Source of the DNA: Chryseobacterium gleum
GTDB lineage: Bacteria > Bacteroidota > Bacteroidia > NS11-12g > UBA955
Direction: 5' to 3'
Length of the DNA stretch: 57,672 bases
Assembly (NCBI GenBank): GCA_945870885.1
Contig: CAMBTR010000001.1
Location: 1-57,672 of the forward strand
The notes under the pieces were generated by a model that was given only the letters and a program-made list of their open reading frames with translations, did not search any database and was not told where the DNA came from. The translations under genes and the position numbers were made by a program. Below are positions 8,816-18,574 of the stretch, in pieces. Numbering within the stretch: position 1 is the first letter of the stretch; each line of letters begins with the position of its first letter.

Positions 8816-9754
8816 ATGCGAAAATTGAAAATCTCTATAATACTCTGTTGGACAGGCTTGGGTTGGCTTCAATTAGCCGCTTGCAATCAAACCAATACCC
8901 CCGTTAATTTAAGCCATCCCAATGATTCATTTCACATTGTGGGCGTTCCTAAAGCGCAACTCACTTTTTTTGAACAACAACCACAAATCACCTTTTGGCG
9001 TTCTGTTATTTCTCTGACTAAAGATTCGTGCATTGTTGTGCATAAGGATAGTAGACGAATGTTGGATGTAATTTCGGCAGAGCATTTGGATTCAATGGTT
9101 GAGAAAAATCAATTGGATTTAGCCGCACAGTGGTACAGAGATAAGAATGGTTATGAAACCTGTGAATTGGTGAAGTTTGTTCGAGGCAAAAAGGAGTTTT
9201 TTGATTTTCAAAAAGTGGGCCCAATGGTTGACGATGCAAAAATAATATTCGATGAATACGGGGTGAATCCAATCTATGCACAATTTATTTTACTCATCGA
9301 ATCGCCAAATAACCCAAAGGCTAGGTCGATCTCAGGGGCGGTAGGTCATTATCAATTAATGCCGTTTGTTGCAAAAAAATATGGATTGGTTGTCTCATCA
9401 ACAAGAGATGACAGGCATGATTTTGCAAAAAGTAGTATGGCAGCGGCGAAACTGATGAAAGATTATTGTATTCCAAATGCCGAGCGCATGGCAATTAGTG
9501 TTGGATTGGAGCCAAACCACGACGAGCTTTGGTTTCAATTGTTGGTAATGCACGTGTACAATGCGGGTGCTGGAAATGTAAGAAAGGCAGTTCAGGCAAT
9601 TGGCCCAGGAAAAAGTGGGGGAGAGCTGATTCTAAAATTGTGGAAGACACAAGCGGGAGCCTTTGGTAATTCTTCCCAGAATTATACCCAACTCGCATTG
9701 GCAAGTTATGTAAACTATATGTACTGGTTAAATCAAATCCCAGAGAAACTTTAG
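8816..9754 (+). CDS. lytic transglycosylase (SLT domain) lipoprotein
   Basis: Lipobox LQLAAC. The SLT catalytic region is ILLIESPNNPKARSISGAVGHYQLMPFVAKKYGL (E-S ... G-x-x-Q-L-M-P). The ATG directly abuts the upstream stop (TAAATG). Confidence 0.75.
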   Translation: MRKLKISIILCWTGLGWLQLAACNQTNTPVNLSHPNDSFHIVGVPKAQLTFFEQQPQITFWRSVISLTKDSCIVVHKDSRRMLDVISAEHLDSMVEKNQLDLAAQWYRDKNGYETCELVKFVRGKKEFFDFQKVGPMVDDAKIIFDEYGVNPIYAQFILLIESPNNPKARSISGAVGHYQLMPFVAKKYGLVVSSTRDDRHDFAKSSMAAAKLMKDYCIPNAERMAISVGLEPNHDELWFQLLVMHVYNAGAGNVRKAVQAIGPGKSGGELILKLWKTQAGAFGNSSQNYTQLALASYVNYMYWLNQIPEKL

Positions 9755-9947
9755 TCAAAGTGTTTTTCGACCAAACCGCTGTTTCGAATGGTAGACTAAT
9801 GTCATATTCCAATGTGGAAATCCTTAATTTATGTATAAAATCAAATTTGTAAAACATAGAATTTCAACAGTATGACGAATTTGTTTAGATTGATTTTAAA
9901 TTGAAAACTCTGTTAACAATTTGTTTTAGAACGGGGTAACCTTATTC

Positions 9948-9955
9948 TATCTTTG
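9948..9955 (+). promoter_or_regulatory. candidate -7 promoter box (TATCTTTG) for the ACIII operon
   Basis: Exact TAnnTTTG match 17 nt upstream of the actA ATG. The 14-mer TTCTATCTTTGCAG (9945-9958) recurs identically at 36492-36505, upstream of tRNA-Leu. Confidence 0.5.
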
Positions 9956-9972
9956 CAGCGCGAAAAAAGACA

Positions 9973-11298
9973 ATGTTCCCAAACATGATTGCTAGAAATA
10001 TGAAAGTTTGGATGCTTTCCGCCGTTATGGCGTTATCAGTATCCTCTTACGCGCAAGACAAGCCAAGTGCCGAAAATGGTAAAAAGCTCTACGATGCAAA
10101 CAACTGCGGTAGCTGTCACGCTTTAGACAAGAAATTAGTTGGTCCCGCCCTTAGGGGTGTTGAAACACGTCACTCCAGTGAATGGTTGGTGAAGTGGGTT
10201 AGGAACAACGAGAAATTTAGAAAGGTTGATAAAGACCCTGATGCGATTGCGTTATATAACGACAATGGCCAGGCGGCGATGAACATTTTTGAAAACTTGA
10301 CTCCTGCTGATGTTAACGACATTATAGAATACATCAAAACAGCTCCTGCTCCAATAAAAACTGCTACAGTGGTTGTTGACGGTGGGGAAAAGAAGGATGA
10401 CAATACTACAATGTACATTTTGATATTGCTCGTAGCAATATTTAGCGTTGTATTGTTGGTGCTTGCTCGTATTCAAAACACCTTAAAAAGAGTAGCTGCT
10501 GAAAAGCACCCTGAAGATTTCGAACATCACAATGCTCCCAAGAAAGGGTTTTTTGAAAAAATACTTCCTGGTAAGTGGGGTAAAATGAACCCTGTGGTAT
10601 TGACATTGTTCACTGTAGCTATTTTGGGTGGTACTGGGGCATACTATGCTTATGGTTTTGCAATCACAGAAGTAGGGGTTCAAAAAGGTTATGCGCCTAA
10701 GCAACCAATCGCTTTCTCTCACAAATTGCATGCGGGAGAGTTGAAAGTGGATTGTAAATATTGTCACTCTACAGTAGAAGAAAGCAAACAGGCATCAATT
10801 CCTGCTTTGAATACTTGTATGAATTGTCACAAAGGTGTTCAATTGACAGACAAATACAATGGTGAGATTTCGCCTGAAATCAAAAAGATTTATGCTGCCT
10901 TGGATTACAATCCTGAAGGCAAAGCGGGTGAGCAATACGGTCCAAATCCTAAACCAATTCGTTGGGTTCGTATTCACAACTTGCCAGATCATGCCTATTT
11001 CAACCACGCACAACACGTAAAAGTGGGTAAGCAAACATGTCAGACTTGTCACGGAGCCATCGAAAAAATGGAAGTCGTTCAACAAAAGAATACTTTGCAA
11101 ATGGGATGGTGTATCGATTGTCATAGAAATGCTCAAGTAGATGTAGCCAACAACAACTATTACAAAGCTTTGCATGATAAAGCGAAGAAAGACATCGCTG
11201 CAAATCAGGGTAAGAGCAAATATTTCTCTGCCGATGGAAAAGTGAAATTAACGCCTGCCATGAATGGCGGTTTGGAATGTTCTAAGTGTCACTATTAA
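9973..11298 (+). CDS. actA: alternative complex III subunit ActA: multihaem c-type cytochrome with an extra N-terminal cytochrome c domain
   Basis: Six CxxCH motifs: CGSCH, CKYCH, CMNCH, CQTCH, CIDCH, CSKCH. There is a signal peptide and one TM helix between the N-terminal monohaem domain and the pentahaem domain. The start could also be the ATG at 10000 (MKVWML...). Confidence 0.85.
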   Translation: MFPNMIARNMKVWMLSAVMALSVSSYAQDKPSAENGKKLYDANNCGSCHALDKKLVGPALRGVETRHSSEWLVKWVRNNEKFRKVDKDPDAIALYNDNGQAAMNIFENLTPADVNDIIEYIKTAPAPIKTATVVVDGGEKKDDNTTMYILILLVAIFSVVLLVLARIQNTLKRVAAEKHPEDFEHHNAPKKGFFEKILPGKWGKMNPVVLTLFTVAILGGTGAYYAYGFAITEVGVQKGYAPKQPIAFSHKLHAGELKVDCKYCHSTVEESKQASIPALNTCMNCHKGVQLTDKYNGEISPEIKKIYAALDYNPEGKAGEQYGPNPKPIRWVRIHNLPDHAYFNHAQHVKVGKQTCQTCHGAIEKMEVVQQKNTLQMGWCIDCHRNAQVDVANNNYYKALHDKAKKDIAANQGKSKYFSADGKVKLTPAMNGGLECSKCHY

Positions 11299-11322
11299 TT
11301 TTAACTGAAAGAATCATCAATT

Positions 11323-14300
11323 ATGTCAAATAATATTAAATATTGGAAAGGTGAAGATGAGTTAACCAAGAACCCATCATTCTTGGCCGCTCAGCGCAAT
11401 GAGTTTCATGATGATCTTCCATTGGATGAAGTATTCAATGAGGGAGATATGGAACTACAAGCCAATCGCCGTGATTTCTTGAAATATTTTGGTTTTAGTG
11501 TAACTGCTGTTGCATTGGCCGCTTGTAATAAAACACCCATTCGCAACGCGGTACCTTATTTGGTTAAGCCTGAGGAGATAATTCCAGGTGTTGCAAACTA
11601 TTACAGATCTACATGTGGTGCGTGTTCTACTTCATGCGGAATTGAAGTGAAAGTTCGTGAGGGTCGTCCGATTAAAGTGGATGGTTCAGTGGATTCACCA
11701 ATTTCTCAGGGAGGTACTTGTGCAGTGGGTCAAGCATCGATTTTGTCACTATACGACAATGAGCGTTTGGCAAATCCATTATCAAATGGTTCTGAGCAAA
11801 CAGATTGGGCCGCTTTGGATAGTGAAGTTTCTGCTAAATTGAAATCAATTGTTGCTGCCAACGGAAAGATCGCTTTGGTTTCGGGTAGTCTGCACAGTCC
11901 AAGTACTTTGAAGGCCATTGAAGCTTTTAAAGGGGCATACCCAACTACAGAACACGTTTCTTATGATGCTGTTTCTTATGCTGGAATATTGGATGCAAAT
12001 GCAGCTGATTTCGGCAAGCGCGCTTTACCAACTTACAAGTTTGATACCGCTAAGGTAATTGTGAGCTTTAGTGCTGATTTCTTGGGTACTTGGATTTCTC
12101 CAGTAGAATTCTCTAAAGGATACACAATCAACCGTCAGCCAAATGCAGAAGGTGGAATGTCTAAGCACATTCAATTCGAAAGCACATTGAGTATGACCGG
12201 TACAAATGCTGATCACCGTTTTCCAATGCGTGCTTCTCAGGAAGCATTGTATGTAGCGACTTTATACAACTACATCGCTGTGGGTACTGGTGCTCGTCAG
12301 ATTCCAGTTCCACAACAAGGTGAATTGGCAGGTAATTCTATCAAGAAAACTGCCGATGCTTTATTGAAAGCCAAAGGAACCGCATTGGTGATCTCTGGAA
12401 GCAACAATACTGAAATTCAACAAATCGTAAATGGTATCAATATGTTATTGGGAAGTTATGGAACAACCATTGATATGGTTAACCACAGCAATCAATATCA
12501 AGGTTCTGATGTTAAAACTGCCGAAGTTTTGGCCGGTTTGAAGTCGGGTTCTATTTCAGCTGTGATTTTCTATGGTGTTAACCCAGTTTACAACCACAGT
12601 AAAGATTGGGCTGAAGCCATTAAGAAAGCGAAAGTATCCGTTTCATTTGCATCTAGCAAAGACGAAACTGCTTCTGTTTGTCAATATGTTTGCCCAGACA
12701 ATCACTACTTAGAAAGTTGGAATGATTCTGAGCCTCGTAAAGGATTGTATCAGTTCACACAGCCTACCATTTCTAATGTTTTCAATACACGTCAAGCACA
12801 GGTAACATTGTTGACGTGGGCTAATGCCAATATCGCAATGGAGAAAGATCCATTTGCATCTAAAGGTATTTTCTCTCAAAAATTGCAAGCGTCTCCTTTC
12901 TACAATTTTATGAGAAATAGTTGGGCTGCGACGTTGGGATCTGATGATGCATTCAATGCAGCGTTGGAAAAAGGAATATTGGCTCCAAGTGTTTCAGAAG
13001 GTAGCGTATCTTATGTAGGAAATGTTGAGGCTTTGGCTTCGTTTGTATCTTCTAATTCTAAGGCTGCAGGAATCGACATGGTTCTTTATCAGCCAGTAGG
13101 AGTTCGTGATGGTGCTTACGGAAACAATCCTTGGTTACAAGAGATGCCAGATCCGGTAAGTAAAGTATGTTGGGATAACTACGTTGCATTGCCTAAATCA
13201 TTGGCAATGAAGTTGGATATCGCAGAAGGTGATACAGTAAATATTAAAGTAGGCGATGTTACTTACAACAACGTGCCAGCAATGATTCAACCAGGTCAAG
13301 CCAACGAAACCGTTGCATTGGCTTTGGGTTATGGTCGTACCGCAGCAGGTAAAGTAGGGGGAAGCATCGAAAAAGGTTTTGATACAGTAGGTGTAAACGC
13401 ATTTGCGTTCGCCAATAACACTGGAAATCGCAGCTTTGTAGCTAAGAACGTAGATGTTACCAAGGGTGACGAAAACTACAAATTGGCTCAAACTCAAACC
13501 CACCATAGTATTGAAGGTCGCGATATCGTTCGTGAATCTACTTTAGGCGCTTTCAAAAAGAATGCTAAAGCTGGAAACGACATGCCTGAAACTCATATTT
13601 ATACAATTTGGGAAAAGGCAGAGTATCGTAAAGACGGAGCACCTAACCACTTGTGGGCTATGGCAATTGATCTTAACTCTTGTACGGGTTGTGGATCTTG
13701 CGTAGTAAGTTGTTCAATTGAAAATAACGTTCCTGTGGTTGGACGTGAAGAAATTCGCTTACGTCGCGAAATGCATTGGATTCGTATCGATCGTTATTAT
13801 GCCTTTGAATCAGCTGAGGGCGCAATGACAAAAGACGATGAAATCGCGAAAGTAGATGCATCTGGTAACTTTGATCATTGGCAAAATGTGAATGTATTGC
13901 ATCAACCAATGATGTGTCAGCACTGTGCTAATGCACCTTGCGAAACAGTTTGTCCAGTATTGGCAACAACACACTCTTCTGAGGGATTGAACCAAATGAC
14001 ATACAATCGTTGTATCGGTACTAAGTATTGCGGTAACAACTGTCCTTATAAAGTACGTCGTTTCAACTGGTTTAGATACAACGACAACGATCGTTTCGAT
14101 TTCCACTTCAACAACCCATTGGGTAAAATGGTCATCAACCCTGATGTTACCGTTAGAACTCGTGGTGTAATGGAGAAATGTTCTTTCTGTGTTCAGCGTG
14201 TTCAAGAAGGTAAGTTGAAAGCAAAACGCGATGGGAAATCTCCAAACGAGGTTATTGTTCAAACCGCTTGTCAGCGCGCATGTCCAAGCAATGCCATCGT

Positions 14301-14439
14301 ATTTGGTGACTTGCACAATCCAGAAAGCGAAGTGAGCAAGTTGTATAAGAACGAGCGTGGATTTAGCGTTTTGGAAGAGCTTAACGTACAATCTTCAGTG
14401 AAGTATATGACTAAAATTCGTAACAACGATTCAATTTAA
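11323..14439 (+). CDS. actB: alternative complex III subunit ActB (Tat-exported molybdopterin-oxidoreductase-like plus 4Fe-4S ferredoxin-like fusion)
   Basis: 1038 aa. Twin-arginine signal NRRDFLKYFG. The N-terminal region resembles the MopB superfamily. The C-terminal part has Cys clusters CTGCGSCVVSC, CQHCANAPCETVCP and CIGTKYCGNNCP, typical of PsrB/NrfC-like FeS subunits. Confidence 0.9.
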   Translation: MSNNIKYWKGEDELTKNPSFLAAQRNEFHDDLPLDEVFNEGDMELQANRRDFLKYFGFSVTAVALAACNKTPIRNAVPYLVKPEEIIPGVANYYRSTCGACSTSCGIEVKVREGRPIKVDGSVDSPISQGGTCAVGQASILSLYDNERLANPLSNGSEQTDWAALDSEVSAKLKSIVAANGKIALVSGSLHSPSTLKAIEAFKGAYPTTEHVSYDAVSYAGILDANAADFGKRALPTYKFDTAKVIVSFSADFLGTWISPVEFSKGYTINRQPNAEGGMSKHIQFESTLSMTGTNADHRFPMRASQEALYVATLYNYIAVGTGARQIPVPQQGELAGNSIKKTADALLKAKGTALVISGSNNTEIQQIVNGINMLLGSYGTTIDMVNHSNQYQGSDVKTAEVLAGLKSGSISAVIFYGVNPVYNHSKDWAEAIKKAKVSVSFASSKDETASVCQYVCPDNHYLESWNDSEPRKGLYQFTQPTISNVFNTRQAQVTLLTWANANIAMEKDPFASKGIFSQKLQASPFYNFMRNSWAATLGSDDAFNAALEKGILAPSVSEGSVSYVGNVEALASFVSSNSKAAGIDMVLYQPVGVRDGAYGNNPWLQEMPDPVSKVCWDNYVALPKSLAMKLDIAEGDTVNIKVGDVTYNNVPAMIQPGQANETVALALGYGRTAAGKVGGSIEKGFDTVGVNAFAFANNTGNRSFVAKNVDVTKGDENYKLAQTQTHHSIEGRDIVRESTLGAFKKNAKAGNDMPETHIYTIWEKAEYRKDGAPNHLWAMAIDLNSCTGCGSCVVSCSIENNVPVVGREEIRLRREMHWIRIDRYYAFESAEGAMTKDDEIAKVDASGNFDHWQNVNVLHQPMMCQHCANAPCETVCPVLATTHSSEGLNQMTYNRCIGTKYCGNNCPYKVRRFNWFRYNDNDRFDFHFNNPLGKMVINPDVTVRTRGVMEKCSFCVQRVQEGKLKAKRDGKSPNEVIVQTACQRACPSNAIVFGDLHNPESEVSKLYKNERGFSVLEELNVQSSVKYMTKIRNNDSI

Positions 14440-14459
14440 TTCACCCATAATATATTCGA

Positions 14460-15809
14460 ATGATACATGATTCAATTTTAAGAGACAGACTTGTAACTGG
14501 CGACAAATCAGCTTCTGACGTAACGCGCGACATTGCAAGACCTATTTTAAACAATCCAACAACTTCATGGAAGATTGGCTTCACATTGTCGCTAATTTTC
14601 TTGGGTATTTTTGGTGTGAGTTTGTTATACACCTTATGGACAGGAATTGGTGTGTGGAATATCAATAAATCAGTAATGTGGGGTTGGGATATCACCAACT
14701 TCGTATTCTGGGTTGGTATTGGTCACGCCGGAACCTTGATTTCTGCAGTTCTTTTGCTTTTCCGTCAGAAATGGAGGATGAGTATTAACCGTTCAGCTGA
14801 GGCAATGACCATTTTTGCGGTTATTTGTGCTGCGATGTTCCCAGTATTCCACATGGGTCGTGTTTGGGTAGGCTATTGGGCTTTACCGTTACCAAACGCA
14901 TTTGGTTCTTTGTGGGTTAACTTCAACTCTCCATTGCTATGGGATGTATTTGCGATCTCGACATACTTTAGTGTATCGTTGTTGTTTTGGTATATTGGTT
15001 TGATTCCTGATATCGCAACAATCCGCGACAAGGTGAAATCAAAATTGGGAAAGACGATGTATGGTTTCTTCTCGATGGGTTGGACAGGTTCTACACGTAC
15101 ATGGGCTCGCTATGAGTTGGTTTCATTGATCTTGGCTGGTTTAAGTACACCATTGGTATTGTCGGTTCACACAATTGTATCAACTGACTTTGCAACATCT
15201 TTGGTACCAGGTTGGCACACAACGATTTTCCCTCCATATTTTGTTGCCGGTGCGATTTTCTCTGGTTTCGGTATGGTGGCTACTTTGTTGGTTGTTGCTA
15301 GAAAGGTAATGAATTATGAGAATTACATTACGATTGGTCACTTGGACGCGATGACGAGAATCATCATGGTAACAGGAACCATTGTAGGTATTGCATATTT
15401 AACAGAATTCTTTATTGCATGGTATTCTGGTAACGTTTATGAGCAATATGCTTTTGCGAACAGAGCTTTTGGACCGTATTGGTGGGCTTACTGGAGTATG
15501 ATGAGTTGTAACTTGATTGCGCCTCAGGTATTTTGGTTCAAATGGGCTCGTACTACGCCATGGTTTATTTTCATCATGAGTATTGTTGTGAACGTAGGTA
15601 TGTGGTTTGAGCGATTTGTAATTATCGTTACTTCATTACACCGTGATTATTTGCCATCAAGTTGGGTAATGTATTCTGGTTCATTAACAGAAATTGGCTT
15701 GTTCTTGGGTACTTTCGGTATCTTCTTTACATGCTTCTTCTTGTTCGCGAAGTTCTTGCCAGTAATTAACATGTCTGAAATCAAATCAATCCTTCGCAAT
15801 CGCGAATAA
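14460..15809 (+). CDS. actC: alternative complex III subunit ActC (NrfD/PsrC-family quinol-interacting membrane subunit)
   Basis: 449-aa polytopic membrane protein lying directly after actB. The WGW.I..F.FW.GI.H.G motif is typical of the NrfD/PsrC family. Confidence 0.85.
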   Translation: MIHDSILRDRLVTGDKSASDVTRDIARPILNNPTTSWKIGFTLSLIFLGIFGVSLLYTLWTGIGVWNINKSVMWGWDITNFVFWVGIGHAGTLISAVLLLFRQKWRMSINRSAEAMTIFAVICAAMFPVFHMGRVWVGYWALPLPNAFGSLWVNFNSPLLWDVFAISTYFSVSLLFWYIGLIPDIATIRDKVKSKLGKTMYGFFSMGWTGSTRTWARYELVSLILAGLSTPLVLSVHTIVSTDFATSLVPGWHTTIFPPYFVAGAIFSGFGMVATLLVVARKVMNYENYITIGHLDAMTRIIMVTGTIVGIAYLTEFFIAWYSGNVYEQYAFANRAFGPYWWAYWSMMSCNLIAPQVFWFKWARTTPWFIFIMSIVVNVGMWFERFVIIVTSLHRDYLPSSWVMYSGSLTEIGLFLGTFGIFFTCFFLFAKFLPVINMSEIKSILRNRE

Positions 15810-15833
15810 TAAACAACTATAGAGATTACCATC

Positions 15834-16400
15834 ATGGGAATTTTAGATAAAAAATTAAGCTTACGTGATCGCAATAAGATGTTGATCGGCGTTTGGGAAG
15901 ACGAAGATCAGTTGGTTGCAACCGCATCTGAATTGGTGCATGCGGGCGTTCACATTCACGATATCTACACTCCATATCCGGTTCACGGGTTGGACAGAAT
16001 CATTGGAGCACGTAGAAGTAAGTTGGCACGAATTGCATTTTTCTGTGCAATCACTGGATTCACATTAATGACAACTATGATTTGGTACATGTACGTACAT
16101 GATTGGCCCATGAACATTGGTAACAAGCCGGTACGTTTCACACCGAGTTGGGCGCCAGTAATGTTTGAAGGTACTGTATTATGTACAGCATTTGGTATGT
16201 CGTTCTTCTTCTTTTGGAGAAACCGTCTGGTTCACGGCATCAAGAATGAAACATTGGATATTCGTCAGACCGACGATCGTTTAATCGTTGCCATTGAAAC
16301 TGTAGCTGGAATGGATGAAAAAGCCATTTTGGATATGATGAAAAAGGGTGGTGCTGTTGAAATGCGCGAATTTGAAAATGGTGTACAAACTGTAATTTAA
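15834..16400 (+). CDS. actD: alternative complex III subunit ActD (DUF3341)
   Basis: 188 aa. The soluble N-terminal part (GVWEDEDQLVATASELVHAGVHIHDIYTPYPVHGL) is followed by two TM helices. Its operon position matches ActD. Confidence 0.8.
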   Translation: MGILDKKLSLRDRNKMLIGVWEDEDQLVATASELVHAGVHIHDIYTPYPVHGLDRIIGARRSKLARIAFFCAITGFTLMTTMIWYMYVHDWPMNIGNKPVRFTPSWAPVMFEGTVLCTAFGMSFFFFWRNRLVHGIKNETLDIRQTDDRLIVAIETVAGMDEKAILDMMKKGGAVEMREFENGVQTVI

Positions 16401-16410
16401 TTAGATCAAC

Positions 16411-17040
16411 ATGAACAACAAACTATATATTTTGTTCGGATCAATCGCTGCATCGGCATTGATGAGCGGTTGTGTAAGTCGTGGTAACAATCCCGGCACG
16501 GAATACGCCCCGGATATGTACTATTCAAAAGGGTATGAAGCATACAGTCAAGGCGATAGCAATCTTGTAAATCCTTATGGAATGAATATGAGAGAGCCTG
16601 TTGCGGGCACTGTAGCTATAGGTAAATTGGATTATAAATATAATCTTGAAAACACAGGAGATGGTTATGAGGCTTCTGTTACATTAACAGCCCCTGCTGA
16701 TGCTACCTTGGAAGATGGTAGAGGTCAATACTTGTATAACATTAATTGCACACCTTGTCATGGTAGCACCGGTAACAATGATGGTGAAGTATTCAAAAAG
16801 GTATCTACTCTAAAGCCAACTTGGAAAGGTTATAGTGATGAGTATATTAAAACTCTACCTGAAGGAAAAATCTATCACACTTTAACGTATGGTAAAAACA
16901 ATATGGGAAGTCATGCTTCGGTATTGTCTCCAAAGGATCGTTGGAAGGTGATTAAATATGTAAAATACTTGAGTTCTCAAGGTGGTTCTACAGCATCAGT
17001 AGTAGTAGCAACCGACTCAACAATGGCTAAAACTAATTAA
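16411..17040 (+). CDS. actE: alternative complex III subunit ActE (monohaem cytochrome c lipoprotein)
   Basis: Lipobox LMSGC, a single CTPCH haem site and a distal Met region (NNMGSH). Confidence 0.8.
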   Translation: MNNKLYILFGSIAASALMSGCVSRGNNPGTEYAPDMYYSKGYEAYSQGDSNLVNPYGMNMREPVAGTVAIGKLDYKYNLENTGDGYEASVTLTAPADATLEDGRGQYLYNINCTPCHGSTGNNDGEVFKKVSTLKPTWKGYSDEYIKTLPEGKIYHTLTYGKNNMGSHASVLSPKDRWKVIKYVKYLSSQGGSTASVVVATDSTMAKTN

Positions 17041-17050
17041 GCGAAGAAGC

Positions 17051-18466
17051 ATGGGACACGGACATCATGAAATTGAAGTAAAACAAGAGCAATTTGTTTT
17101 TTCACCAAAGGCTAAAAGATTCTCAATCATTTTAATGGTTTTGGGTTTAATCCTTACAGGAATTGGTATCGCCACTATGGATAACCATAGTGAAAATCAT
17201 AACTCAACCACTATCGCTGCAGCCAGCCACGAAACACATAGTGAAGCAACCGTTCATAATGAAGGACATGCTGCCGAGGCAACCGCTTCACATGCAGAAG
17301 AACATGGAAACGTTCCTAATGAAAAATTTGGACCACGTGTTGTTTTCCATCATCAAGATAAACCAGCATCAACCCGTATTTGGGCTAATATGCTTATCGT
17401 TGGTTATTTCTTCTTAATGATATCATTGACCGCGGTTATGTGGTATGCGATTCAATATGTTGCAAATGCAGGTTGGTCGTCGTCTATCAAACGCGTACCT
17501 GAGGCAATTATGACATTTATCCCAGTGGCTTTTGTGATTTTAATGATCGCATTATTTATGGGAAAGAATGAAATCTATCATTGGGTACACTATGAGCACC
17601 TTGGTTTGAAGCCTGGAGATGCGGGATACGATAAAATTTTGGTTGGTAAATCTGGTTTCTTGAATTCAAATATGTTATTCATTTTCCCAACAGTATTGGT
17701 TGTTATTTGGTATGTCATGATGCGTAAACTTCGCAGTCTGTCTGTCGCTGAAGACAATGCAACTAAGGGAGATGCTAGCTTCTTTAAAAAGAGTATCAGT
17801 TTCAGTGCCGGTTTTGCAGTATTATTCGGGTTTACAATTTCTGTTGTGGCTTGGTTAATTATCATGTCGGTTGATGCACATTGGTATTCAACGATCTTCG
17901 GTTTCTATAATTTCGTAACACATTGGGTAACGATGATCACCATCATGGCCTTTATCGTTGCTTATTTGAAGAAAGAAGGTTACTTGGGCATCGTTACAAA
18001 TGAGCACATGCATGATTTGGGTAAGTTTATGTTTGCCTTCACTGTTTTCTGGGCTTACTTGTGGTTATCTCAGTATCTGTTGATTTGGTATGCACAAATC
18101 CCAGAGGAAATGGCTTACTACCAGATTCGTTTTGAAGATTACAAAGCCAATTTCTTGGGTAACTTCTTTATGTGCTTCTGTATTCCATTCCTTGGTTTGT
18201 TGATGCGTTCTGCAAAGAGAAATAGATACGTCCTTGCTATCATTGGTAGCATCATGATCATAGGTCACTATCATGACGTTTGGTTGATGGTTACTCCAGG
18301 TGTGTTTGGAACAGGAATGACATTTGGTTTCATGGAAATCGGAATGTTGTTACTAGTAGGTGGTATATTTATGTGGTGGGTATTCACTGCACTTACTAAG
18401 CGTGGATTGATTGCCGTCAATCATCCATTCTTGGAAGAGTCGGTTCACCACGATGTAGGAGTTTAA
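17051..18466 (+). CDS. actF: alternative complex III subunit ActF (second NrfD-like membrane subunit) with a His-rich N-terminal insertion
   Basis: 471-aa polytopic membrane protein and the last gene of the operon. It starts MGHGHHEIE and has a His/Glu/Ala-rich segment after the first TM helix. Confidence 0.8.
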   Translation: MGHGHHEIEVKQEQFVFSPKAKRFSIILMVLGLILTGIGIATMDNHSENHNSTTIAAASHETHSEATVHNEGHAAEATASHAEEHGNVPNEKFGPRVVFHHQDKPASTRIWANMLIVGYFFLMISLTAVMWYAIQYVANAGWSSSIKRVPEAIMTFIPVAFVILMIALFMGKNEIYHWVHYEHLGLKPGDAGYDKILVGKSGFLNSNMLFIFPTVLVVIWYVMMRKLRSLSVAEDNATKGDASFFKKSISFSAGFAVLFGFTISVVAWLIIMSVDAHWYSTIFGFYNFVTHWVTMITIMAFIVAYLKKEGYLGIVTNEHMHDLGKFMFAFTVFWAYLWLSQYLLIWYAQIPEEMAYYQIRFEDYKANFLGNFFMCFCIPFLGLLMRSAKRNRYVLAIIGSIMIIGHYHDVWLMVTPGVFGTGMTFGFMEIGMLLLVGGIFMWWVFTALTKRGLIAVNHPFLEESVHHDVGV

Positions 18467-18487
18467 TTTTAAACAAAAACAATATGG

Positions 18488-18518
18488 AAAGGCCACTCAA
18501 ACGAGTGGCCTTTTTCTT
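18488..18518 (+). terminator. Rho-independent terminator after actF
   Basis: GGCCACTC-AAAC-GAGTGGCC, a perfect 8-bp stem, followed by TTTTTCTT. Confidence 0.8.
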
Positions 18519-18574
18519 GTACATCAGCATAATAACTCAATCAAATGAAGTTCAATAATCGTAATTTTGAAACA

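Noticed and set aside
9755-9972. The longest intergenic region (218 nt), examined for an sRNA, riboswitch or small ORF upstream of the ACIII operon.
   Set aside because: It is AT-rich with no stable hairpins, no terminator and no convincing small ORF. The only clear element is the -7 box at 9948-9955.
13810-14391. 193-aa ORF antisense to actB. There are similar long antisense ORFs at 40070-40630 (inside the S8 peptidase), 57187-57624 (inside gyrA), 9495-9857, 10795-11175, 31241-31591 and 50128-50472.
   Set aside because: Each lies entirely opposite a gene with strong motif support. Their translations are low-complexity or odd in composition, and they have no signal, promoter box or terminator. 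Long antisense ORFs are expected by chance opposite highly biased coding frames.
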